Source: a virus (lineage: Duplodnaviria; Caudoviricetes). Taken from it: a DNA stretch of 25,873 nt. Positions 15,835-24,834 of this stretch are shown one piece after another (positions within the stretch are counted from its first letter, which is position 1; every line of letters starts with the position of its first letter). Made by a program: the position numbers and the translations under genes. Where the stretch lies: positions 1 to 25,873 of IMG/VR virus record IMGVR_UViG_3300030104_002862, one strand, 5' to 3'. Under the pieces are notes generated by a model. It searched no databases. It was not told the origin of the DNA and saw nothing but the letters and a program-made list of their open reading frames with translations.

Positions 15835-15863
15835 AATATATACTCAGTATTGTTTTGTGTCAA
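15835..15863 (-). promoter_or_regulatory. Strong leftward sigma70 promoter with operator
   Basis: TTGACA-17 nt-TATATT containing ATACTCAGTAT. Confidence 0.8.
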
Positions 15864-15867
15864 GCGC

Positions 15868-15993
15868 AATCGAATCAAGGCCAGTAATCTAATCCAATCA
15901 TAATCTTACTGGACGCAATCCAATCACAATCTAATCTAATCACAATCGGTTTCGATCTAATCCAATCTTAATCTAATCTTGTTGGCATCAATC
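15868..15993 (+). repeat. AATC short-repeat array
   Basis: About 17 AATC copies, mostly at 5-6 nt spacing. Confidence 0.85.
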
Positions 15994-16172
15994 TATTTAT
16001 CTGTAATTGATTTTATATTTTGGATTTGTGGCGAATTGTTGACAAGTTTTGTCAAGTTTTCGGCATTGTTGACGCTTGTCGGTGTTTGGTTTTGTTGCAG
16101 CTTTGTTGGTCAATTTTTGGCGACGAGATCGGCAAGCAAAAAGAGAGAGAAATATATATAAAAATTATTTTC

Positions 16173-16200
16173 TTGACATATATACTCAGTATAGTATATT
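16173..16200 (+). promoter_or_regulatory. Strong rightward sigma70 promoter with operator
   Basis: TTGACA-16 nt-TATATT containing TATACTCAGTATA, with an AT-rich UP-like tract upstream. Confidence 0.8.
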
Positions 16201-16231
16201 AGGGGCATCTATTAACCTAAAGGAGGCCACA

Positions 16232-16657
16232 ATGGCAGATTTACAAGCAGTCAAAAAAGAATTTCGCAAAAGTTTACATGACTTAGTCGAAGAAGAGTTG
16301 AAGACATTTGAACCACATTCAGGAGCGCAGACAATATTTGAAGACTTAGAGTATGACGGAAGACTACACCAATTAATTGACGATACAGTAGCTTACAAAA
16401 CATATCAAGAATTACGCGAAGTATTCGGCACAGACTATGCTCACGAGTTAGAGTTGCCTGAATGGGTAGAAGTAAATGACGAAGAGTCAAGGTCATTGAT
16501 TAAACTTGTGCAGTTGGCATTGTTTGGTGTATTGGAAAATGTGGCGCAAGAATGGATATCAGAGACGCAAGGATATATTGGAACTGTTGACGCTGAAAAC
16601 AAAAGAGCATATGACAAGAGAGTTTACGAAGCTATGAAAAAAGCCGAGTTGGCGTAA
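16232..16657 (+). CDS. Ocr-like acidic DNA-mimic candidate
   Basis: AAGGAGG RBS. Acidic helical protein with 'LHQLIDDTVAYKTYQELREVF' and 'LIKLVQLALFGVL' resembling T7 gp0.3. Confidence 0.55.
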   Translation: MADLQAVKKEFRKSLHDLVEEELKTFEPHSGAQTIFEDLEYDGRLHQLIDDTVAYKTYQELREVFGTDYAHELELPEWVEVNDEESRSLIKLVQLALFGVLENVAQEWISETQGYIGTVDAENKRAYDKRVYEAMKKAELA

Positions 16658-17061
16658 TGATTGGTCAACAAATTAGCGCACATGGAAACCTTAACAAGGG
16701 TTGTTTGTCTGTAGTGCCTAAAGGAGAAAAGACGCAACAGTTGACTAATACAGTTTTGACGCTTGTTGATTGTCAATTTGTTGTATCGGCCGCAACACAT
16801 AAACGAATTGTCACGAAAGGACACAGAGAAGTAGGAGCAAGACTGAAAGGTAACGTCGAAAACTTGGCAAGCATTGACGCGGATACTTTCGCCAACAATA
16901 GCCGATTTATTGAAGTGACTTATAACCCCAAAACACATAGCGAAAGGCCCTATTTTTACACAAGACAAGGAGAGCGTATTGACTCAGTTTGTCGGGCCTA
17001 TGTGGTAACTTGTGAGAGCATGGACACCAAAGCAAAGACAAGGGCCTACATAGACGCTTAA
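16657..17061 (+). CDS. Conserved-looking phage early protein of unknown function
   Basis: TAATG-coupled. 'NLNKGCLSV...L.DCQFVV...EVTYNP...YF' pattern. Confidence 0.65.
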   Translation: MIGQQISAHGNLNKGCLSVVPKGEKTQQLTNTVLTLVDCQFVVSAATHKRIVTKGHREVGARLKGNVENLASIDADTFANNSRFIEVTYNPKTHSERPYFYTRQGERIDSVCRAYVVTCESMDTKAKTRAYIDA

Positions 17062-17083
17062 AGAGTTACAGAGCTACAAAGTT

Positions 17084-17122
17084 TAGACCCGTTAGGCATT
17101 GACGCTTGACGGGTCTATTTTT
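17084..17122 (+). terminator. Intrinsic terminator
   Basis: TAGACCCGTTAGGC / GCTTGACGGGTCTA stem plus T5. Confidence 0.8.
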
Positions 17123-17581
17123 GTGCATTGTCGGCGACGTATTGCGAATAGTGGACGCTTGACGATTGACGGAACAGTTAACGCTTGAGAGTCATCAACG
17201 CTTACACTTGAAGTCGCAATTCAATCCAACACAATCAATCAATTTCAATGCGTTCATAATAGCGCACAGAATGCGACAACATGCCAAGACTACGCTTGTC
17301 TATAGTCTAACCTGGTAAGCGTCTAAGCGTCTATAACTGGCAATATGGCCGGTTGTTTTTGTGTTGGTTTTGGTTTGTGTTTGTGTTCGTTTTCGGTTGT
17401 GGCCAGTGGTCGAGGCGAAGCGACCGGGGGTGCCGTCAAAAGCACACGAACCCGTATATACCCGTCCATATGCGTGTCCATCTCAGCACCATAATTTGTC
17501 CATACGTGACGAGGTGACTATGCCCGAAATGGTGACGCTGGACGTGGGCGAGCTTGTATCGTGAGCGAATGTTGTGGAGGT

Positions 17582-17754
17582 GTGTACACTGGGTACACTG
17601 TGTCACCGTGTTATCGGGTGATTGGGTTAAGATGTGACACTTTTCTTATTTGCCATGGGTGGTTGGGTGGGGTACACGTTTTGTCAGCGTAGGGTACACT
17701 GGGTACACCGGTTATAACTGGGTACACTGATTACACTGGGTACACCGTGTACAC
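17582..17754 (+). repeat. GGGTACAC iteron-like array
   Basis: Exact copies at 17591, 17670, 17692, 17701, 17720 and 17738; variants at 17582, 17729 and 17747. About 9-nt period. Confidence 0.9.
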
Positions 17755-17927
17755 ATTGTGACGTTTGACGTGTTTAACCGGTTTGCCCCCCCTTACCCCC
17801 CCAACCATAACTCCGTGAAAACGGTTTGTCAAATTTTTTTTTATTTCTCTGAAAATTTTTTAAAAAAAAGTGCATATACTGCACAACTGTATCTCTTGTG
17901 CGATTTCTACTTCGGTATTTTTGCATC

Positions 17928-18353
17928 ATGCAAAGAGATTACCATCAGGCCGAATGGCCTTCAAACCGCTGGCCGAACTTCTCGTTTGACGAGATGAAAT
18001 GTTCGGCAACGGGTATGTGCCGGGTGGATGAGGATTTGATGGATAAGTTGCAGAAGTTGCGAGAGGCAGTGGGTAAGCCGTTGACGATTACGTCGGGGTA
18101 TCGGTCACCCGATCATCCGATTGAAGCGGCAAAGTTGGCAGACGGTAGGCCAACCGGTTCACACACCTCCGGCAAGGCGGTGGATGTAGCATGTGAGAGG
18201 GCGTTTGCCTATCAGGTGCTTTTTGCAGCGGTGAAGCTGGGGTTTACGGGTATCGGGGTTCAGCAGTCCGGATCAAACAGGTTTTTGCATCTAGACGTTA
18301 TCGGGTCGGGTGACGGGTTCCATGTACCGCGTCCGGCATTGTGGAGTTACTGA
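17928..18353 (+). CDS. Peptidase M15A-family cell-wall hydrolase (endolysin)
   Basis: 'ITSGYRS', 'SHTSGKAVD' (HxxxxxxD) and 'FLHLD'. Confidence 0.85.
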   Translation: MQRDYHQAEWPSNRWPNFSFDEMKCSATGMCRVDEDLMDKLQKLREAVGKPLTITSGYRSPDHPIEAAKLADGRPTGSHTSGKAVDVACERAFAYQVLFAAVKLGFTGIGVQQSGSNRFLHLDVIGSGDGFHVPRPALWSY

Positions 18354-18808
18354 TGGCGTTAAGCGAACTACAGCAACAGGCAGTGCAGTTGATCGTGCTG
18401 GATCGGTGGAATCCGGATAAATGCGGAGAGAAAGTAGCCAAAACACTGGATGTGAATCGGTCTACAGTGGCTGCATGGCGCAAAAAGCCGGAGTTCAAGG
18501 AAGCACTGCAAGAGGCACTGGAGCGAGATCGCAAGAATTTCGATGAGGTGCCGTTGGCCTGGCGAAAGAACCGGGTTTTGGCTCTGGAAGAGATTTACAA
18601 CAAGATCGACGACAAGCGTGTAGCGCTGAAGTTGAAAGTGTTGAAAGAGATTCGTGAAGAAGTGGGCGATAACCGTCTACAGGTCGAGCATACGGTGGAA
18701 GTTAGACCGTTAAACGCACCTCCGGTAGCGGAAAGTTACGAGGAATGGCTGAAACAGAACGAGCAGATGGTGGAAGCGCAATACACAGTTGAGGAAACAG
18801 TGGCATGA
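18353..18808 (+). CDS. terS: Putative terminase small subunit
   Basis: N-terminal HTH 'KVAKTLDVNRSTVAAWRKKPEF', helical core, upstream of TerL, TGATG coupling. Confidence 0.65.
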   Translation: MALSELQQQAVQLIVLDRWNPDKCGEKVAKTLDVNRSTVAAWRKKPEFKEALQEALERDRKNFDEVPLAWRKNRVLALEEIYNKIDDKRVALKLKVLKEIREEVGDNRLQVEHTVEVRPLNAPPVAESYEEWLKQNEQMVEAQYTVEETVA

Positions 18809-18963
18809 TACTTGAAGAGCAGACCTATCGGCCAAAAATCTATCCAACCGATAGTCGTGCGCCCAAGATTGTGGATAATTGGGGCGGTCTGCACCGTGAA
18901 AACAAAGATTGGCGTAGTGTTCCGGTTGAAAAGCCGAAAAAAGTCAAGGTCAAGGCAAAATGA
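18805..18963 (+). CDS. Small hypothetical protein (52 aa, MILEEQTYRPKIYP...)
   Basis: GAGG RBS; ATGA overlaps with terS and terL. Confidence 0.6.
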   Translation: MILEEQTYRPKIYPTDSRAPKIVDNWGGLHRENKDWRSVPVEKPKKVKVKAK

Positions 18964-20339
18964 ACTGGCAACCGCAACCCGGCCCACAAGAAAAGGCCAT
19001 ACGTGCCAATTTTGTAGATGAAATTTTCTACGGAGGCGGTCGAGGTGGCGGTAAGTCGTGGACATTGTGCTACATGTTCCTGATGGGTGTGGAAAAGTAC
19101 GGTGAACACTGGAAAGGCGTGTTGTTTAGGCGAACCTACCCGGAGTTGGACGAAATTGTAGATCAAACGCGCAAAATGTATCGAGATTTCTATCCGGATG
19201 CTGAATACAAGGTCGGAACGCATACATGGCAGTTTCCAAACGGAGCTACACTCAAGCTCAGACACATAGAAAACGAGGCCGATGCAGACCATTATCAGGG
19301 TATGGCTTTTACGTTTGTTGCTTTTGATGAGTTAGGTAGCTGGAGTGACTTAAAAGCCTATCACAAGATTAAGGCGTGTTTGCGTTCCGGTAGTGCCGAT
19401 GTGCCGGACAAGAAGATTGTCAGTAGCGGTAACCCCGGTGGGCCAAATCACCAGAATATCAAAAAATACTTTATTGACCCTGCACCGGAAGGCACGGTGA
19501 TTGAGGGTGAAGACGGTATGAACCGTATGTATATCCGCAGTCTGGTTACAGACAACAAGATTTTGTTAGACCGCGATCCGCACTACATCAACCGTTTGAA
19601 AAGTGTAGGCGACGAGCATTTGGTAAAGGCATGGCTGGAAGGCGATTGGGATGCGTTTGTCGGCCAATATTTCACCAACTGGAACGAAAAGAAGATTGCC
19701 GTTAACAGTTACGAAATACCCGAACACTGGCCGCTGTTTGGCGCTATGGATTACGGTGAAGCTGCACCCACTTCTTTTGGCCTATACACGGTGGACTACG
19801 ATGGCAACGTCTATCGCATCGCAGAGTATTACCAAGACAACGCCAGCGCATCGCAACATGCAGACAACATTTGCAAGATGATTGAGAGTTGTCCGTTTAC
19901 GGATGGACGCTACCCACAAACCATCTATTGCGATCCTTCGATGTTTACCAAGCGCCGTTTGTCGGCTGCTATTTCTCATTCACCGGCAGATGTGTTTGCA
20001 GAGCGCGGATTGTTTTTAACCAGAGCATCCAACGACCGTATCACCGGATGGCGTGTGATTAACGACGCGCTGATTAAAGAGCGCTTTTTCTGCTTTAACG
20101 GATGGAACGATGCACTGATGCGAACCATGCCGGCGTTGCCACGAAGCAACAAGAATCCGGAGGATCTGGACACCCACGCAGAAGATCACGCAGCAGATGA
20201 ATTGCGCTATGCAATGATGCACGTATATCGACCGCACAAGCCGGAAGAAGAGCAGCCGTATGAAGGCACCGGACAAGAAGTCATTGACATGATGGAACAA
20301 GGCTGGGGTACGCGCAAAGGGCGTTACGCACTGGCATAA
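18960..20339 (+). CDS. terL: Terminase large subunit
   Basis: Q motif (PQPGPQ), Walker A GGRGGGKS, Walker B FDEL, GNPGG, nuclease 'MDYG' and 'DHAADELRY'. Confidence 0.95.
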   Translation: MNWQPQPGPQEKAIRANFVDEIFYGGGRGGGKSWTLCYMFLMGVEKYGEHWKGVLFRRTYPELDEIVDQTRKMYRDFYPDAEYKVGTHTWQFPNGATLKLRHIENEADADHYQGMAFTFVAFDELGSWSDLKAYHKIKACLRSGSADVPDKKIVSSGNPGGPNHQNIKKYFIDPAPEGTVIEGEDGMNRMYIRSLVTDNKILLDRDPHYINRLKSVGDEHLVKAWLEGDWDAFVGQYFTNWNEKKIAVNSYEIPEHWPLFGAMDYGEAAPTSFGLYTVDYDGNVYRIAEYYQDNASASQHADNICKMIESCPFTDGRYPQTIYCDPSMFTKRRLSAAISHSPADVFAERGLFLTRASNDRITGWRVINDALIKERFFCFNGWNDALMRTMPALPRSNKNPEDLDTHAEDHAADELRYAMMHVYRPHKPEEEQPYEGTGQEVIDMMEQGWGTRKGRYALA

Positions 20340-20353
20340 CAGGAGAAATTGCT

Positions 20354-20473
20354 ATGAAGGGTTTTAACGGTACACCAACAACGACCAAGCCGAACCGCAG
20401 TAAAAAAGGCACTCGCGTAAAAGCGAAACCGGCAGGGTCGGACAACTTGAAGAAGGTCGGCAAAGGCAAATAG
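20354..20473 (+). CDS. Small basic protein (39 aa, MKGFNGTPTTTKPNRSKKG...)
   Basis: AGGAG RBS; fills the terL-portal gap. Confidence 0.65.
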   Translation: MKGFNGTPTTTKPNRSKKGTRVKAKPAGSDNLKKVGKGK

Positions 20474-20474
20474 T

Positions 20475-22502
20475 TTGAAACAACGGCAGATCGAATACTG
20501 GCGTGGAGCCATCGAAGACGGTCGTAAGTACATGAAGACGCGCCACAAGACGTGGCGTAGACTCTTAAAGACTTACGAACTCGACTTTGATGTGCCTGGT
20601 CTGGACGAGGATAAGATCGTCAAGATCAGTCGCATGTATCCATTGGCGCGTCAGATCATAGCCAGTGTCTCTTTTAACTATCCGCATGTGTTTTTCAAGG
20701 TCGAAGAACCGGGTAGAGAGTTTGCTGCGGAGATACTGGAGCGTGTAGCCAATGCTGCGTTAGAGCAGATGGATGCTAAACGCGAAGTGCAACAGGTCAT
20801 TTTTGATGCGTTGTTTTGTAGTGTGGGTTGGTTAAAGTTTGGATACAACCCACCGGGTGATGACGACATTGTTGCACCATACACGATTAACGATGCTGCT
20901 GAAAACGACTTTCCGTATGTGCATCGGGTGTCGCCGTTTAACGTCTACGTCGATCCGTTATGTCCACCGCACAAATTGTCAGGCGCACGGTATATCATCG
21001 AAAAGATGATGGTGCCTTTAGAGTTTGTGAAAGAGGACGACCGGTTTGTGAACCGTAGGCAGATAGAGGCGATGTCCGATGAAGATCAGGCCGACGCTTT
21101 TATTTATGACATGCAAGATGCGGAACACTCTGACGAGTATGACGCGGTGCAGCATTCCAAGCAGGGTCAGATGGTTTGCCTGTATGAAATCCATGACCGT
21201 CTGCATAAAAAGCGCATCACGTTTGCCGAAGGGGTGACTGATCCGATTGAGGAAGTCGATCATCCGTTTCTGGCAATGAACCCTATTACCGAAACCGATC
21301 CGTTTACCGGCGAAGAACGTATGACCGGTGAGTTTGAACCGGCTGGTGGCTACCTGATGGACGGTGGCTTTCCATACCACGCACTGCGGTTTGACCAGAC
21401 CGAACGCTCGTTCTATGGCGAACCGCCAATGGCGTATGTCGAGGATACACAGTCGCTCATTGTTGAGTCCGTATCACGCAGAGCCGATTTGTTAAAACGG
21501 TTCCAGCGTGTGGTTTTAGCGTCGCGCCGTGAACGCGAAGCCAATCAGGACATCGGCGACACCTTAGAGGGCGGTCGTGACGGTGAGATCATCTGGGTGG
21601 AAGATCCAAGCACTTCGATGCGCGAGATGAACTTTGGCAACCCTCCACCGGATCAGTTAGGTCTGGAGTCGGATGCACAAAGTTACGAGGAACAAAGTTT
21701 AAACGTATCGCAGATGGCGATGGGCGGTGGGCCGAAGGTTACGGCTACACAGGCCAGCTTGTCTGCAAGTTTTGCTCAGGTCAACCGCGAGTGGATGCAG
21801 TTGCGCGTAGCCGATTGCTACCGTGCTGTTGTTCGCAACTCGCTGCGTATGATGGCCGATGAGCGCTATTTACCCGATGACTTCTTAGTCAACGTAGCCA
21901 GAGATACCGAAGATCCGGTATACGAAGCAGTGACCGCTGATCTGTTACGCATACGTTACAAGATCGACATCGAAGCCGGTAGTATGCAGCCGTTGACCGA
22001 ACAGTTGGAACGTCAGGATGCACTGCAACTGTTTAACATGACGATTAACTTGCCGGAGATAAACCGCATCGAAGCGATCAAGTCATTGCTTTCATCGTTC
22101 CGTGTGCAAGACCCTGACAAGTATTTAGGTGATGCAGAAGACGGTGACACGTTAAAAGCGGCACAACTGGAGAACGTAGCCTACCTGATTAACGGTGGCG
22201 ATCCGGGTGTCACGCCAAACGAGAATCATCAGATGCACATACAGATCCACCAACAGATACAGCAGTTGCCACAGTTCCAGCAACTACTGCCACAACAACA
22301 GCAACAGGTTATGGGTGTGGTGCAAAACCATATACAGCAACATCAGCAGATGCTAAATCAGATGGCGCAAGGTCAGGCACCGCAAGCCGCCGGTGGAGGT
22401 GGAACAAATGCCGGAGTAGCGGAAGGAAACATTTTATCACTCGTACGCAGTCAGGCACAAGAGGTTAGTCAGGCCGTACAGAACGCACCGGGTCAAGGAT
22501 AA
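20475..22502 (+). CDS. Portal protein (P22-like, Gln-rich C-terminal tail)
   Basis: Position after TerL, 675 aa, 'VSPFNVYVDP', 'TATQAS' and a Q/H-rich tail. Confidence 0.85.
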   Translation: MKQRQIEYWRGAIEDGRKYMKTRHKTWRRLLKTYELDFDVPGLDEDKIVKISRMYPLARQIIASVSFNYPHVFFKVEEPGREFAAEILERVANAALEQMDAKREVQQVIFDALFCSVGWLKFGYNPPGDDDIVAPYTINDAAENDFPYVHRVSPFNVYVDPLCPPHKLSGARYIIEKMMVPLEFVKEDDRFVNRRQIEAMSDEDQADAFIYDMQDAEHSDEYDAVQHSKQGQMVCLYEIHDRLHKKRITFAEGVTDPIEEVDHPFLAMNPITETDPFTGEERMTGEFEPAGGYLMDGGFPYHALRFDQTERSFYGEPPMAYVEDTQSLIVESVSRRADLLKRFQRVVLASRREREANQDIGDTLEGGRDGEIIWVEDPSTSMREMNFGNPPPDQLGLESDAQSYEEQSLNVSQMAMGGGPKVTATQASLSASFAQVNREWMQLRVADCYRAVVRNSLRMMADERYLPDDFLVNVARDTEDPVYEAVTADLLRIRYKIDIEAGSMQPLTEQLERQDALQLFNMTINLPEINRIEAIKSLLSSFRVQDPDKYLGDAEDGDTLKAAQLENVAYLINGGDPGVTPNENHQMHIQIHQQIQQLPQFQQLLPQQQQQVMGVVQNHIQQHQQMLNQMAQGQAPQAAGGGGTNAGVAEGNILSLVRSQAQEVSQAVQNAPGQG

Positions 22503-22903
22503 TGCTGGTATTTCACGATTACGAATGCGAAGACGGGCATCGTCAGATTGACGTAGCCAACGACTCAAGCAAGATCAGGCGCACGATAAAATGCGATCAG
22601 TGCGACAAACGTGCAGCCATGTTGTTTATCAAGAGCAACTTCATACATAACTCACACAGCAATATGTATGGAAAGTTTCACGCTGGCTTTGGTCAGGTCG
22701 TAGAGTCTTACAGCCACAAACAGGAATTGTTAAAAAAATACAACGTGACAGAGAGTGCTGACCGTGTGGGCGGTTCGACCTGTCACATAACCTCCGATGT
22801 AACGGACTCAAAACCGTCAGACACCCCAACGCCTTCTTTTGGAAACACACCCGAAGAAGCAGTGGCTCTGGCAGAGAAGAGATACAACGAAGGAGAACAA
22901 TAG
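22502..22903 (+). CDS. Zinc-ribbon (FmdB-like) protein
   Basis: 'HDYECEDGH...CDQC'. Confidence 0.65.
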   Translation: MLVFHDYECEDGHRQIDVANDSSKIRRTIKCDQCDKRAAMLFIKSNFIHNSHSNMYGKFHAGFGQVVESYSHKQELLKKYNVTESADRVGGSTCHITSDVTDSKPSDTPTPSFGNTPEEAVALAEKRYNEGEQ

Positions 22904-23773
22904 ATGTCCGAATCAGTACTAGCTTTGGACTCCGGTGGAGAAGACACGTCACCTTCAGAGGGTTCATCTAACGCAGAGTCAACTGAATCATCACTTGAAC
23001 TTTTCGCAGATGACACACCCAATGAAGCACAGTCGGAAACATCTGGACACTCTGATGCACAGTCAGATTTTGACCCGGAACGGCACGATTGGTTACGCGG
23101 TAACGCAGACGATGTGCCGGAGCAGTATCAGCCGTTAGTTCCGTTGGCAAAAAACATGCAAGCGCAGTTCACGCGTACGCAACAGGACTTAGCAGAGCAG
23201 CGCCGACAGATCGAAGCACAACAGGGCGAATGGGCCAACAGGGTGCAAACCCTTGTTACACCCCAACAGCAGCAACAAGATCCGGTTGATGCAATGAGAG
23301 CCAACCTTACGGAAGATGAAGCGCGAGGCGTAGATGCCGTCGAGCAGATCATTCAACATAGGGTTGGCAATGCAGTAAACGATTTGAACAGTCAGGTGCA
23401 GCAGTTACAGCAACAGTTGGCTACGGCCAACCAGTACGTGCAGGGTCAGCAGACCGCGCATATCGCCACGCAAGTAGGTGAGGCGCGAGAAGTGTATGGC
23501 AATGATTTAGATGCGTATACCGATCAGATTGTTGCTACGACCAAGATCAATAACCCAACTACGGGTAACCCGTATACGGTTAAAGAGGCGTATGAGCTAC
23601 ACGCAGGTATTACGGCTAACAGAGCAGCCGATCTGCGTAACAGCGATACGTCAGCACGTAAGTCCTCAAAACGTGCAGTGCGTGGAACGCAAGGTGTAGA
23701 TGCAACGGAAGGTGACGGCCCACTTAGTGACTCCGATGTGATGTCGGGTCTTTCCAAGTTAGGCTTTGAATAA
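22904..23773 (+). CDS. Capsid scaffolding protein
   Basis: Acidic disordered N-terminus, coiled coils, 'FTRTQQDLAEQRR'; directly before the capsid gene. Confidence 0.75.
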   Translation: MSESVLALDSGGEDTSPSEGSSNAESTESSLELFADDTPNEAQSETSGHSDAQSDFDPERHDWLRGNADDVPEQYQPLVPLAKNMQAQFTRTQQDLAEQRRQIEAQQGEWANRVQTLVTPQQQQQDPVDAMRANLTEDEARGVDAVEQIIQHRVGNAVNDLNSQVQQLQQQLATANQYVQGQQTAHIATQVGEAREVYGNDLDAYTDQIVATTKINNPTTGNPYTVKEAYELHAGITANRAADLRNSDTSARKSSKRAVRGTQGVDATEGDGPLSDSDVMSGLSKLGFE

Positions 23774-23786
23774 GGACGAATAAAAA

Positions 23787-24770
23787 ATGGCAGCAACGAC
23801 AACTTCAGAAAATTGGGATGCAGCCTGGACGCTTACGATGCGGGCCAAGCGCAAAGAATTAACCGATAACTTCTTTGACGCATACCCAACTTTAGACATG
23901 TTTCGCTCCGGTGGAGCATTGGTCACCGACAACGGTGGCAAAGAGATACAGGCAGATATTTTGTATGCCGGTAACTCAGCGCAATATTTCTCAGGCTACG
24001 ACGTACTGAACACAGATGCGGTCGATGGAATCACGGCTGCGTTTTATCCGTTTAGATACGCCGCAGTGCCTATTACCATCAACTTTACCGAAGAGCAAGA
24101 GAACCGTAAGCGCGAAGCAGCGATGTCGCTTTTGGAAGCAAAGACTCGTCAGAGTATGTTGACCTTGCGCGATCAGATTAACTCTTCGTTGTATTCTGCT
24201 CAGACCGGTAAAGCTCCGTTAGGTTTCCAAGACGTTATTGCTGATGCACCGGGAACGACTCCAACTACGTTGGGCGGTATCACGGTGTCTGGTAATAGCT
24301 GGTGGCAAAACAAGCAGGTAAATTCTGGCGCAGCTTTTAAAGCGGTTGTAGATACTAACTTTTACAGTGGTATGTTAAAAATGTCTGAATTGTGGAACGC
24401 TGTTTCCGAAGGAAATGAACAGCCTACACATATTTTTACCGCGTCAAATTTATATGCAGATTTTGAAGAAATTTTTGAAGGTACAGGCTATCAGCGCCTA
24501 TCAGGAAAAGATGCACCGGGCGTAGACGGCCGCTTGCCTTCGTTCAGAGGCATACCGGTGCAGTATGACCGTGATTGCGCTAATACAAAGATGTATTTCT
24601 TCAATACAAACTACTTGAAGTTACACATGCAAGCTGGAATGAACTTTAGTAAAACTCCATTCCGAGAAAATGCAAACCAACTCGCAAAGGTTGCTTTTAT
24701 CACAGTGGGTTTGCAAGTCGTTACCAACAATCGTCGCCGTCAAGGTGTTATACACAACTTTACTGCATAA
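23787..24770 (+). CDS. Major capsid protein
   Basis: 327 aa after the scaffold. HK97-like layout with a long spine helix and 'FRGIPVQYD...MYFFNTNYL...NRRRQG'. Confidence 0.85.
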   Translation: MAATTTSENWDAAWTLTMRAKRKELTDNFFDAYPTLDMFRSGGALVTDNGGKEIQADILYAGNSAQYFSGYDVLNTDAVDGITAAFYPFRYAAVPITINFTEEQENRKREAAMSLLEAKTRQSMLTLRDQINSSLYSAQTGKAPLGFQDVIADAPGTTPTTLGGITVSGNSWWQNKQVNSGAAFKAVVDTNFYSGMLKMSELWNAVSEGNEQPTHIFTASNLYADFEEIFEGTGYQRLSGKDAPGVDGRLPSFRGIPVQYDRDCANTKMYFFNTNYLKLHMQAGMNFSKTPFRENANQLAKVAFITVGLQVVTNNRRRQGVIHNFTA

Positions 24771-24834
24771 ACAATTCCAAGGTTCAAGCCAATGAGCCTT
24801 TTGAGCCAAGCAAAAAGGCTAAGGAGAAATAGAA

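Noticed and set aside
15311-17348. Apparent absence of CCGG in the early cassette region
   Set aside because: The region is AT-richer, so few sites are expected; not convincing without genome-wide counts.
17582-17754. CRISPR array
   Set aside because: Units are 8-9 bp with no unique spacers, and there are no cas genes.
17361-17997. ORFs 17361-17564 and 17758-17997
   Set aside because: Low-complexity and repeat-derived translations with no RBS.
18812-19021. 69-aa ORF from the track
   Set aside because: The 18805-18963 frame has an RBS and coupling at both ends and fits better.
22225-22380. CAG/CAA repeat tract
   Set aside because: Explained by the Gln-rich C-terminal tail usual in P22-like portals.
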